Shown here: piece after piece, positions 16,434 through 23,865 of the stretch
How the letters are laid out: the number at the start of each line of letters is the position of its first letter
Position numbering within the stretch: the first letter of the stretch is position 1
NCBI GenBank assembly: GCA_022730075.1
Contig: DZBX01000014.1
Span: 8,417 to 32,416, forward strand
Direction of reading: 5' to 3'
Source of the DNA: Rhodanobacter sp.
GTDB taxonomy: Bacteria; Pseudomonadota; Gammaproteobacteria; Xanthomonadales; Rhodanobacteraceae
DNA: 24,000 nucleotides
Translations under genes and position numbers: made by a program
The notes under the pieces: model-generated
Told to the model about the DNA's origin: nothing
What the model saw: only the letters and a program-made list of their open reading frames with translations
The model's database searches: none

Positions 16434-16928
16434 GTGATCAAGTTCCCTCGAATATTCATCGGTTCGGTGTTGTTGCTGGCTCTGCTGCTGGTATTGAGCG
16501 TGTTGGCGCTCCCGGTGGAAGCCGCGGGCGCCCGGCGTGGCGTCAATACCAAGCCCGGCGAGTTCGTGTTGGTGCGCGCCGTGCCCGATCGGCACGCGAC
16601 ACGCATGCAAGCGCCAGGGCTGGCCACCATCATTGACCCCAGCGTGCGCCCCGAGATGCGCGGCATGCTCGGCAATCTCGAGTTGGACGACGCGGCGTAT
16701 GCCGCGATCAGCGGTGCAGCGCCGGGCGCCGTGGTCGAAAACGCAGTCGGCGGCGCGCTGCACGGTGCGGATCTGCTGCAAAGCGGCTCCAGTAGTGGCC
16801 GCGTGCCGGCGATCAACTCAGGCGGTCCGGGCGGTGTGCTGGGTAGCATGGGTGGTGCCACGCGCAACATCGGCAATCAGATCACGGGTGCCTTGCAAGG
16901 TGCTGGCGTGATCAAGGGCGGCGGCTGA
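16434..16928 (+). CDS. fapA: FapA-like secreted protein (first gene of the functional-amyloid operon)
   Basis: 164 aa with a GTG start after a strong RBS. The signal peptide is MIKFPRIFIGSVLLLALLLVLSVLALPVEA. The C-terminal half is Gly/Ala-rich and low in complexity. The assignment rests on operon position upstream of fapB (TGATG overlap at 16926-16930), not on motif recognition. Confidence 0.55.
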   Translation: MIKFPRIFIGSVLLLALLLVLSVLALPVEAAGARRGVNTKPGEFVLVRAVPDRHATRMQAPGLATIIDPSVRPEMRGMLGNLELDDAAYAAISGAAPGAVVENAVGGALHGADLLQSGSSSGRVPAINSGGPGGVLGSMGGATRNIGNQITGALQGAGVIKGGG

Positions 16929-17563
16929 TGGTCCGCCTCTTCGCTGTTGCATGTGCTCTGCTGATGCTGGGTCTTTCCACCGCCAAGGCCCAGGACGGTT
17001 ACGCCGAGATGTTGCGTTATCTCACCACCAGCAGCATCGGTGGCAATGCGCTGGCCGGTGCCAGTGGCGCGATTGCGGTGAATCTGGCCGCTGGTGACAG
17101 CAATCTTCAGTCGAACGCAGCGGCATTGGCCATCGGGCCGCTTGCAAATGTCCAGATCGAACAACGCCAGCGCATCAGTGCGCTGAGCGCCAGCGTGCCC
17201 GACGCGATGGTCGCCGACATCAGCGGCAACGCGTTGTCCGGCGCGCGCGGGCTGATTGCCATCAATCAGGCCAGTGGTGTCGGCAATCGCGAGGCCAACG
17301 CCATCGCGGTCGCCGTATCGCTGGCGCAACAAGGTATCGAGGAACAGTCATCCAACGCATGGCTGGCTGGCCTCGGCACGCAGACGGACGGTGCCACGGG
17401 GGATCGTCCGCAGGCCAATCCATCTTCCTCGTCACGTTCGGCGTCCGTTGCGGGTACGGCGTTGCGTGGGGCGGAGGGGGTGGTGCAACTCAATCAGATC
17501 GCCGGGATGGGCAATACCGCGGGCAACCGCCTGCTCATCACGGTTGATCTGCCACCCCGTTGA
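16928..17563 (+). CDS. fapB: FapB-like minor amyloid subunit (three imperfect repeats)
   Basis: 211 aa with signal peptide MVRLFAVACALLMLGLSTAKA. Three repeats carry the Fap signature: GGNALAGASGAIAVNLAAGDSNLQSNAAALA, SGNALSGARGLIAINQASGVGNREANAIAVA and AGTALRGAEGVVQLNQIAGMGNTAGNRLLI. Confidence 0.8.
   Translation: MVRLFAVACALLMLGLSTAKAQDGYAEMLRYLTTSSIGGNALAGASGAIAVNLAAGDSNLQSNAAALAIGPLANVQIEQRQRISALSASVPDAMVADISGNALSGARGLIAINQASGVGNREANAIAVAVSLAQQGIEEQSSNAWLAGLGTQTDGATGDRPQANPSSSSRSASVAGTALRGAEGVVQLNQIAGMGNTAGNRLLITVDLPPR
17036..17137 (+). repeat. FapB amyloid repeat R1 (coding)
   Basis: aa 37-70: IGGNALAGASGAIAVNLAAGDSNLQSNAAALAIG. Confidence 0.75.
17219..17320 (+). repeat. FapB amyloid repeat R2 (coding)
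   Basis: aa 98-131: ISGNALSGARGLIAINQASGVGNREANAIAVAVS. Confidence 0.75.
17447..17545 (+). repeat. FapB amyloid repeat R3 (coding, most divergent)
   Basis: aa 174-206: VAGTALRGAEGVVQLNQIAGMGNTAGNRLLITV. Confidence 0.65.
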
Positions 17564-17598
17564 AAGCTCGACATCATTCCAACGACAGGAGATACAAC

Positions 17599-18951
17599 AT
17601 GCGTAACCTCAAGAAAAACCTGCTGGCTCTGGCTGTTCTGGCCGCAACAGGCGCCATCGCACCTGCGGCGTTCGCGCAGGAGGGTCCGAGTTGCGACGGC
17701 ACCTGCACCGTCAACACGACGGAGAACTACACCCTCGACCAGCAAGACTGGATCCGCAATTACCTGCTCAACGCGAGCGCCTATATCTACGGTGACGTGC
17801 AGTACTACGAGAACGTCGACATCAATACCGACACCTCGATCCGCCGCGTGCGCATGAACAAGGATCTGAGCCTGCTGACCGACGTCAGCATCACCGGAAA
17901 TCCAACCGTCAGCGGCACCATCAACACCGATTCGGCCGCGATCGCCGTGGTCGACAATCGCCAGCACAACGTCTCCAACTATGGCGAGAACTATCTGCTG
18001 GCCAACGATGCATCGATCGCTGATGACGCGGCCCAGAATGCGCAGGGCAATATCGGCCTGAACGTGGCAGCCGGCGACAACAACCAGCAGCACAACGCGG
18101 CCGCATTGGCGGCGGCGGACGCTTCGTTCGCCTTCACCATGGCCGACTCGGAGGTGTTCGTCGAGCAGGTCAACGCCGCCAATACCACCGGCAACTTCGG
18201 CCAGACCAACTCGGCCAACCTCGGCGGCAACGCGCTGCAGGCTGCGCAGGGCAACATCGGTGTCAACATCGCCGCCGGCAACAACAACCAGCAGCAGAAC
18301 AACCTGGTGGCATCGACCGGCACCAACAGCATGGCCACGGCCTCGGTCAACAGCAAGCAGGATTCGGGCGGCAACTACACGCTCAACGAGGGCTACACCC
18401 AGCAGTTCGTGGACTTGATCACCATCAACCTGACCGGCACGGTGGGCGGCAGCGGCGAGGGTGGCCAAGTGATGGGTACCTCCATCGGTACCTCGGACCA
18501 GCGCTACAACATGTACCCGGACAACTGGGGCGTGGCGCAGGGTGAAACACCGACTTCGGCGCATCCGACCGATGGCCCGTGGCTGGGCCACACCGACTGG
18601 GATACCAGCACGCAGGGTACCGACATCAACGGTAACCCGATCGTGCGTACCCCGGGCAACGACCCGATGGATCCCAGCAACGACGGCGGCTCGCTGGTGA
18701 TGAACAACAACGATGAAATCACTCTGGAAGAGATGAGCGCGGCGTTGTCGGGGCAAATCGTCGACTACAGCTATGTCGCGGTGATGACCACCAACACGGC
18801 CTCGCTGAGTGGCTCTGCGCTGCAGAACGCGCAAGGCAACATCGGCGTGAACATCGCTTCAGGCACCGGCAACCAGCAGGCCAACTCCCTCGCGTTGGCA
18901 GTCACCCAGGCTTCTTCGGGTGGCGGCAGCAGCGGTGGCGGGGCTGAGTAA
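17599..18951 (+). CDS. fapC: FapC-like major functional-amyloid subunit
   Basis: 450 aa from the ATG at 17599, preceded by RBS AGGAGA at 17587-17592. The signal peptide is MRNLKKNLLALAVLAATGAIAPAAFA. Three well-conserved repeats share (A/N)LQxAQGNIG(L/V)N(V/I)A(A/S)GxxNQQxN. They are separated by a 34-aa linker and a 162-aa Asn/Gly/Thr/Asp-rich linker. The C-terminus is a Gly/Ser tail. Confidence 0.85.
   Translation: MRNLKKNLLALAVLAATGAIAPAAFAQEGPSCDGTCTVNTTENYTLDQQDWIRNYLLNASAYIYGDVQYYENVDINTDTSIRRVRMNKDLSLLTDVSITGNPTVSGTINTDSAAIAVVDNRQHNVSNYGENYLLANDASIADDAAQNAQGNIGLNVAAGDNNQQHNAAALAAADASFAFTMADSEVFVEQVNAANTTGNFGQTNSANLGGNALQAAQGNIGVNIAAGNNNQQQNNLVASTGTNSMATASVNSKQDSGGNYTLNEGYTQQFVDLITINLTGTVGGSGEGGQVMGTSIGTSDQRYNMYPDNWGVAQGETPTSAHPTDGPWLGHTDWDTSTQGTDINGNPIVRTPGNDPMDPSNDGGSLVMNNNDEITLEEMSAALSGQIVDYSYVAVMTTNTASLSGSALQNAQGNIGVNIASGTGNQQANSLALAVTQASSGGGSSGGGAE
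18016..18117 (+). repeat. FapC amyloid repeat R1 (coding)
   Basis: IADDAAQNAQGNIGLNVAAGDNNQQHNAAALAAA. The nucleotide-level similarity to R2 and R3 is visible (cgcagggcaatatcggcctgaacgtggcagccggcgacaacaaccagcagcacaac). Confidence 0.85.
18220..18318 (+). repeat. FapC amyloid repeat R2 (coding)
   Basis: LGGNALQAAQGNIGVNIAAGNNNQQQNNLVAST. Confidence 0.85.
18805..18903 (+). repeat. FapC amyloid repeat R3 (coding)
   Basis: LSGSALQNAQGNIGVNIASGTGNQQANSLALAV. Confidence 0.85.
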
Positions 18952-18974
18952 TCGCTGATTGATCGACGTATCCG

Positions 18975-19000
18975 GCGGGGCAGTTCGCTGCCCCGCTTTT
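18975..19000 (+). terminator. Intrinsic-terminator-like hairpin between fapC and fapD (candidate intra-operon attenuator)
   Basis: The sequence is GCGGGGCAG-TTCG-CTGCCCCGC followed by TTTT. It forms a 9-bp GC-rich stem (18975-18983 / 18988-18996) with a TTCG tetraloop and a T-run at 18997-19000. It begins 24 nt after the fapC stop and ends 28 nt before the fapD ATG. Confidence 0.6.
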
Positions 19001-19027
19001 CGATCGAATCCAGCGAATCGAGCCTTC

Positions 19028-19741
19028 ATGGACGCCAAAATTCCGTTTGCTGTGTTGTTGGCTTGCCTGCTTGCACCGGGCGGTAGCGGCTCCTTCGCGC
19101 GCGCGGCCGATATTCGCTTCGGCAACGTGCAGCCTACTGGCGAGGTGTATCGCGCCAAGGTCACCAGCCTGCGTGAGGCGCGCTTCACCGGCATCGTGCC
19201 GCAGGCCACCGATTTCAGTTGTGGTGCGGCGGCCCTGGCCACCTTGCTCAAGTACGCCTACGACATCGATGTGGACGAGTGGACGGTGATGGCCGGCATG
19301 CTGGCCAGGGCCGATCCAGGCAAGGTCGAGAAACAAGGTTTCTCGCTGCTGGATATCAAGCAATACGTCGAAGGCCTGGGCATGCGCGGCCGTGGCTACA
19401 AAGTGTCCGAGCCGCGCCTGCGTAGTTTGCGTGTGCCCGGCATCGTGCTGCTGGACACCAAGGGCTACAAACATTTTGTCGTGCTCAAGCGCGTCGCTGG
19501 TGATCGCGTGTATCTGGCTGATCCCGCGCTGGGCAACAAGACGCTGGCATTCAACGATTTCATGGCCGCCTGGCCTTCCAAGGCGGTGTTCGTGGTGATC
19601 GGTTCGGGCTTCAATCGCAATTCGGTGTTGCTGGATGCCAAGGGTGGACCCAGCGCGCGCACGCTGCTGGGTTCGCGTCAGGGCCCGATCACCGATGCCG
19701 AACTGATCGATTTCGGTTTCACCAAAGCCGACCTGTTCTGA
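19028..19741 (+). CDS. fapD: FapD-like periplasmic C39-family cysteine peptidase
   Basis: 237 aa from the ATG at 19028, with signal peptide MDAKIPFAVLLACLLAPGGSGSFARA. The C39-like catalytic residues sit in context: Cys in TDFSCGAAALATLL, His in GYKHFVVLKRV, Asp in VYLADPALG. The gene is fourth in the fap order. Confidence 0.8.
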   Translation: MDAKIPFAVLLACLLAPGGSGSFARAADIRFGNVQPTGEVYRAKVTSLREARFTGIVPQATDFSCGAAALATLLKYAYDIDVDEWTVMAGMLARADPGKVEKQGFSLLDIKQYVEGLGMRGRGYKVSEPRLRSLRVPGIVLLDTKGYKHFVVLKRVAGDRVYLADPALGNKTLAFNDFMAAWPSKAVFVVIGSGFNRNSVLLDAKGGPSARTLLGSRQGPITDAELIDFGFTKADLF

Positions 19742-19801
19742 GCGCGCGCAAGCAGTCGCAGCGTGCAGTCGAGTCGACGCAGCACAACTTGGAGATCCAC
19801 C

Positions 19802-20590
19802 ATGCGCGGCATTCCGACTTTGATTGCACTGGTTCTTGCCACGGTCCTAGCCTTGCCTGCAGCAGCCGATGAGGGCTTGCTGGGCGAACGCGTGCCCACC
19901 GCCACTCAAGACATCCAGCCTGTATCCGATCCTGCCCTCGATGCCATGCGCGGGCGCTTTGTCACCGGCGCCGGACAGGTGCTTTATTTTGGCGTCGAGA
20001 TGCTGTCCACATGGCACAGCCCGGATGGACGCGTACTCAGTGGCAGCGCATTGCTCAGTTTCGATTTTTCCAAAGGCACGCCGCAGGTCAGCTTCGTGCC
20101 AACCGTCAGCATCGTGCAGGGCAGCTCTGGCGGTGTGCTGGTCGATACCAGCCATCGGACGATTGATGCCAGTGGCCTGGATAACGTCAGCGGTATCGAG
20201 CAAGGCATCCAGATCGTCGGCGACTTCAACAGTGCTGGCAACAGCACCGAGCTGCGCCTGACTCACGCCATGCCAACGGGCGCGGGCAACGGCGTCGGCG
20301 CCAACACGGCATTGAGCATGGACGGTGCCAACGCCAGTGCGGCGCTGCAGGCAGACGGCATGGCGGTGACGCTGGGAATCGATGACCAAGGCAGCCTGCG
20401 CCAGATGATCCGTGGCGATGCATCGGGCAATGGCGCAGTGCTGCAAACCGTCGCTCTGCTCGGCGATGGACATGACGTATCCAACCAATTGCGCATCACC
20501 CTGGTGCAGCCGACGCAGGGTTCGAGCCAGTTGCTGCAACAGAGCGTGGCGCAGGCGTTGGGGCAATTGAAGGGCATTGGTGGGCACTGA
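19802..20590 (+). CDS. fapE: FapE-like secreted protein
   Basis: 262 aa from the ATG at 19802, preceded by RBS GGAGA at 19791-19795. The signal peptide is MRGIPTLIALVLATVLALPAAA. The assignment rests mainly on position between fapD and fapF and on size. Confidence 0.55.
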   Translation: MRGIPTLIALVLATVLALPAAADEGLLGERVPTATQDIQPVSDPALDAMRGRFVTGAGQVLYFGVEMLSTWHSPDGRVLSGSALLSFDFSKGTPQVSFVPTVSIVQGSSGGVLVDTSHRTIDASGLDNVSGIEQGIQIVGDFNSAGNSTELRLTHAMPTGAGNGVGANTALSMDGANASAALQADGMAVTLGIDDQGSLRQMIRGDASGNGAVLQTVALLGDGHDVSNQLRITLVQPTQGSSQLLQQSVAQALGQLKGIGGH

Positions 20591-20631
20591 GCATCAACAC
20601 ATATGCGAGCAACACACTACAGGGGACGACG

Positions 20632-22011
20632 ATGACCATGCGCAAGATCAAAACAGGCGCGTTGTTGGCATTGGTGGCAGTGACACTCGCCGCCAGCGCA
20701 TCAGTAGCGGCGCAGCAGACGCAGCAGGCCGGAGGTACCGCCGCCGCCGAGAACACCCAGGACATGCAGGCAATCACCCGCGAGATGCAGGCGCTCAAGT
20801 CGCGTTACGCTGACGAAGTCCGCAAGCTGCGCGAGTTGGAGATCCGCTTGCAGGCGCTGACCGCGCGCGTGCAGGCGCAGGAGGGCGTGGCGCGGGTACA
20901 GGCTATTCAACAGGGGGGCAAGCCCGCAGCCACGACTGGCATGGCAGGTGTTGGCGTGGCGGCGGGGGCGGCACAGGCAGCAACCGCGACCAGCAGCAGT
21001 GAAACGCTGGTCAGCAGCGAGGGCAGCACGCGCCAGGAGCCCACATCGCGCAGCGTCGAGGATGTATTGCAGCAGAAGCATGTGCTGTTCAACCAGCCAT
21101 TGACGCTCGAAGTCGGCCTCAACTACGCGCGATACGACCGCAAGCAACTCACGCTCAACGGGTTCCTCGCCCTCGACGCGATATTCCTTGGCAGCATCGC
21201 GGTCGAGGATGTCGCATCCGACACATTCACTTATACCTTTGCCGCGCGCAAAGGCATCACCCGCGACCTTTCCGCCAGCATCGAAGTTCCCATGGTGCAG
21301 CGCTGGACCACCTACCAGAAAGGCGGTGCCGGCGGCTCAGCGGCCGCTGTGGCCGAGGCTGGCGTGGGCGGTGATGTGGCCATCGGTGATGTCACCGCAG
21401 GCGCAAGTTATCGCCTGTTTCCAGAGACAACCGCGCGGCCTGAAATCGCTCTCAATGCCAGCGTCGGCATGCCCACCGGACAGGCGCCTTACGGCATTCC
21501 ATGGACCGTGCTCGAGCGCGACAACGACGACTTCATCCGCTTCGCTGTGCCGACCAAACAGCCCACCGGGCAGGGCGTGTGGAGCATCAACTTTGGCGCT
21601 TCGATGTTGAAAACACTGGATCCGGCAATCCTGTTCGCCAATGCCAGCGTCACCCATACCTTCAAAAAGCACTTTTCCGATCTGGATAACAGCCCGGATA
21701 CGGTCAGCCCGGGCAAGGTCGACCTCGGCAACGCGCTCAACTACGGTATCGGCGTGGCCTTTGCCTTGAACGAGCGCATGAGCCTGAGCATGAGTTTCTC
21801 GGAGCGGCTCAACAGCAGTGCCAGGATTCGCCCCGATGCTACCGGCGTGTGGCAAGGCATCATCGGCAGCTCCGGCAACGCTGCGACATTTGGCATCGGC
21901 ATGACCTATGCGCTCAGCGAAAGCATGACTTTTGTGGGCAATCTGGGCATCGGCCTGACACCCGACGCACCGGATTTCAGCATCACCGCCAAGCTGCCGT
22001 TCACACTGTGA
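20632..22011 (+). CDS. fapF: FapF-like outer-membrane amyloid-secretion channel (N-terminal coiled coil plus C-terminal beta-barrel)
   Basis: 459 aa with signal peptide MTMRKIKTGALLALVAVTLAASASVAA. A heptad-like coiled coil (QDMQAITREMQALKSRYADEVRKLRELEIRLQALTARVQAQ) is followed by an Ala/Gly/Ser-rich linker. After that comes about 300 aa with an alternating beta-strand pattern ending ...ITAKLPFTL. This architecture matches what is established for Pseudomonas FapF. Confidence 0.75.
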   Translation: MTMRKIKTGALLALVAVTLAASASVAAQQTQQAGGTAAAENTQDMQAITREMQALKSRYADEVRKLRELEIRLQALTARVQAQEGVARVQAIQQGGKPAATTGMAGVGVAAGAAQAATATSSSETLVSSEGSTRQEPTSRSVEDVLQQKHVLFNQPLTLEVGLNYARYDRKQLTLNGFLALDAIFLGSIAVEDVASDTFTYTFAARKGITRDLSASIEVPMVQRWTTYQKGGAGGSAAAVAEAGVGGDVAIGDVTAGASYRLFPETTARPEIALNASVGMPTGQAPYGIPWTVLERDNDDFIRFAVPTKQPTGQGVWSINFGASMLKTLDPAILFANASVTHTFKKHFSDLDNSPDTVSPGKVDLGNALNYGIGVAFALNERMSLSMSFSERLNSSARIRPDATGVWQGIIGSSGNAATFGIGMTYALSESMTFVGNLGIGLTPDAPDFSITAKLPFTL

Positions 22012-22209
22012 CATGTTTCAGCGCGCGTGCCCCTGCGACCGACCCGTTGCGGAGCCACACCTGCGGGCACACACGACGTCGTGTTGCTGGTGGAGACTCA
22101 GGGGCTCCGCGCGATATACAGCGGCAAGGGCTGCCAATGCGCACTCAGCATACTCATTGGCAAGCAGTCAACGTTCATTCACAACAACCACCGATAAGAG
22201 TATTCAGTC

Positions 22210-23115
22210 ATGCTAGACCTGAACATCGAATTCAAGCTCGACCACATTCATTGCCACGACGAGGGCGATGGCCCTGGCAACGCGGAGCCCTACCTTTGGA
22301 CCGTCTTCTTCAAGGTCGATGGCGACACCCTCGTCGTCAACTCCGACGGTCCCATCGCGCCATTCTTACAGGGCGCACCGACGGTGATCGGAACTCCGGG
22401 CAACCACGGCAACCTAGGCACCACCGATGTGGATGAAGGGGATGACGTGGGCGTTCCAGCGATCATCGGCGAATACCGTACGATCATGAAACCCATACCG
22501 CTGACGACACCCATTCTCGGTCTGTCGGAAGTAAGCGGAATGATCGGGTGCATCGTGGTGTTGATGGAGGAAGACAACACCCCATCCTCCGACATCGCGC
22601 GCGGCCATGAGGCGCTCGATAGCAAGGTCCGCGACAAACTCGCGGAAGTCCTCGGGACGCTGAGCATTAGCAAAACTGAACCGACTGAGGAAGACATCGC
22701 GGCCCTCACCGATCAGATCGGGAATGCTGTGAAGAGCGCCATCGGCGACGGCGTGAACGTCTTCGAGTGGATTTTCGGCTTCGGCAACATGGACGATCAG
22801 ATCGGGAGTGCCGTCTTCCGCTTCTCACACAAACAACTCGAAGAGTCGGGTGGTGTGGCCATCCCATTCAGTCGGAGATGGGAGAACGAAGGTGACTGGG
22901 AACTCTTCGGCCACATCAAGGCCACAGCCATCCGTCGCCAAGAGCCAAAGTGCTGCGACGAGCTGAAGCGGAAAGTAAAGGAACTGGAGCGCACCCTAGC
23001 CGAGCAAGGAAAGCGTCTCGGCAAAATAGAGGCAGATCTAGAGGCGCAAGCCAAAGGCTTTGCATCCGCCATAGTCCGCGCGAAGGCTACAGCAAAACCA
23101 ATGAAACGCGGGTAG
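22210..23115 (+). CDS. Hypothetical cytoplasmic protein: ~250-aa globular domain plus C-terminal coiled-coil/basic tail
   Basis: 301 aa with no signal peptide. The composition is coding-like (MLDLNIEFKLDHIHCHDEGDGPGNAEPYLWTVFFKVDGDT...). The C-terminus CCDELKRKVKELERTLAEQGKRLGKIEADLEAQAKG is heptad-like. I recognise no family. GC is lower than in the core genes. Confidence 0.65.
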   Translation: MLDLNIEFKLDHIHCHDEGDGPGNAEPYLWTVFFKVDGDTLVVNSDGPIAPFLQGAPTVIGTPGNHGNLGTTDVDEGDDVGVPAIIGEYRTIMKPIPLTTPILGLSEVSGMIGCIVVLMEEDNTPSSDIARGHEALDSKVRDKLAEVLGTLSISKTEPTEEDIAALTDQIGNAVKSAIGDGVNVFEWIFGFGNMDDQIGSAVFRFSHKQLEESGGVAIPFSRRWENEGDWELFGHIKATAIRRQEPKCCDELKRKVKELERTLAEQGKRLGKIEADLEAQAKGFASAIVRAKATAKPMKRG

Positions 23116-23275
23116 TCCGTGGCCCAACAAGGCGCTCCAGCCGACGGTCTTGCCTCCGCTTCGCTGCGGCAAGCCCGCAGTTGAGCTTGGGCGTCACAAA
23201 GCACAGTGCCGGCGCGAAGGCTCCGCCACTCCAACCGCGGCTCTTAGCTGCTTCAACACTCCTGAGGAAAGCACG

Positions 23276-23740
23276 ATGAGCGCAACGCGAGTGCTGGTTG
23301 TCTTCGCCATGGCGACGGTGATTCTTGCCGCCGGTCCAAAGTTCAGTGCGTTCGCGGCAGCGCCGCCGCCGAATCCCTGCAAGCTTGTCACAGTGCCGGA
23401 GATGCAACAGATCGTCGGACCACTCAAAGAAGCGCCTACAGCCACTGACCCATCAACGGGTGAGATCAGCTGTACCTTTCGTCCTAGCAAGGGATTGAAC
23501 TTTGTTGAAATCAGTTTGCACGACGGCGACCTCACGGCGTGGAAGCGCAGGAATGGCGGAAAGAACCCGGAGGCAGCATCAGAGTTCGGAAGTGGTTCCT
23601 TCGTTACACCCGACTTCGAGGGCTTCGCGGAGCTCTACGCGAAGAAGGAGGGCCTAGTCTTGCGCGTGAGTGCTCCCAAGGGCGCTCAGTCGGTCGAGGT
23701 CGTCAAGGCAATAGCCAGAAAGGCTCTCCCGCGTCTGTAG
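23276..23740 (+). CDS. Small secreted protein of unknown function
   Basis: 154 aa from the ATG at 23276, preceded by RBS GAGGAAAG at 23264-23271. The signal peptide is MSATRVLVVFAMATVILAAGPKFSAFAAA. The mature protein has two Cys residues (NPCKLVT, EISCTF). The track start at 23150 is an upstream extension. Confidence 0.6.
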   Translation: MSATRVLVVFAMATVILAAGPKFSAFAAAPPPNPCKLVTVPEMQQIVGPLKEAPTATDPSTGEISCTFRPSKGLNFVEISLHDGDLTAWKRRNGGKNPEAASEFGSGSFVTPDFEGFAELYAKKEGLVLRVSAPKGAQSVEVVKAIARKALPRL

Positions 23741-23865
23741 CCGACTGCACAGAGAGCAGGACGTCCCATTCGGGCTGTCCTGCAAGACACGACATGCGCG
23801 GCGCTCCGCGCTGCCGCTGAACCGAAGCATTTGCCGACAGGCGTCGGCGGAATGAGGGACTCGAA

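Noticed and set aside
17494-18834. 446-aa minus-strand ORF covering fapC. Analogous long antisense or off-frame ORFs include 519-1313(-), 2178-3287(-), 4372-5682(-), 4500-6032(+), 8303-9481(-), 11961-12959(+), 13043-14416(-) and 19847-20587(-).
   Set aside because: All overlap a gene with clear family motifs on the other strand or in another frame. Their translations are Arg/Ala/Gly/His/Pro-rich low-complexity strings with no recognisable domains. Long stop-free alternative frames are expected in DNA of about 66% GC.
16928-18951. Alternative reading of the repeat proteins as curli (CsgA/CsgB) subunits.
   Set aside because: The repeat consensus (GNIGVNxAAGxxNQQxN) differs from the curli S-x5-Q-x-G-x-G-N-x-A-x3-Q unit. 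No csgG/E/F-like genes are present. The operon instead has a C39 peptidase and a coiled-coil plus barrel channel, the Fap-specific components.
22071-22084. Perfect 14-bp palindrome ACACGACGTCGTGT downstream of fapF.
   Set aside because: It is a single short loop-less palindrome in a GC-rich spacer, with no T-run, no repeat copy and no adjacent promoter features. It cannot be assigned a role from sequence alone.
23149-23783. Short hairpins after the 301-aa gene (CTTGCC...GGCAAG, 23149-23173) and after the 154-aa gene (GCAGGAC...GTCCTGC, 23756-23783), considered as terminators.
   Set aside because: The stems are only 6-7 bp with imperfect inner pairing, and neither is followed by a T-run. Support is insufficient to annotate them as intrinsic terminators.
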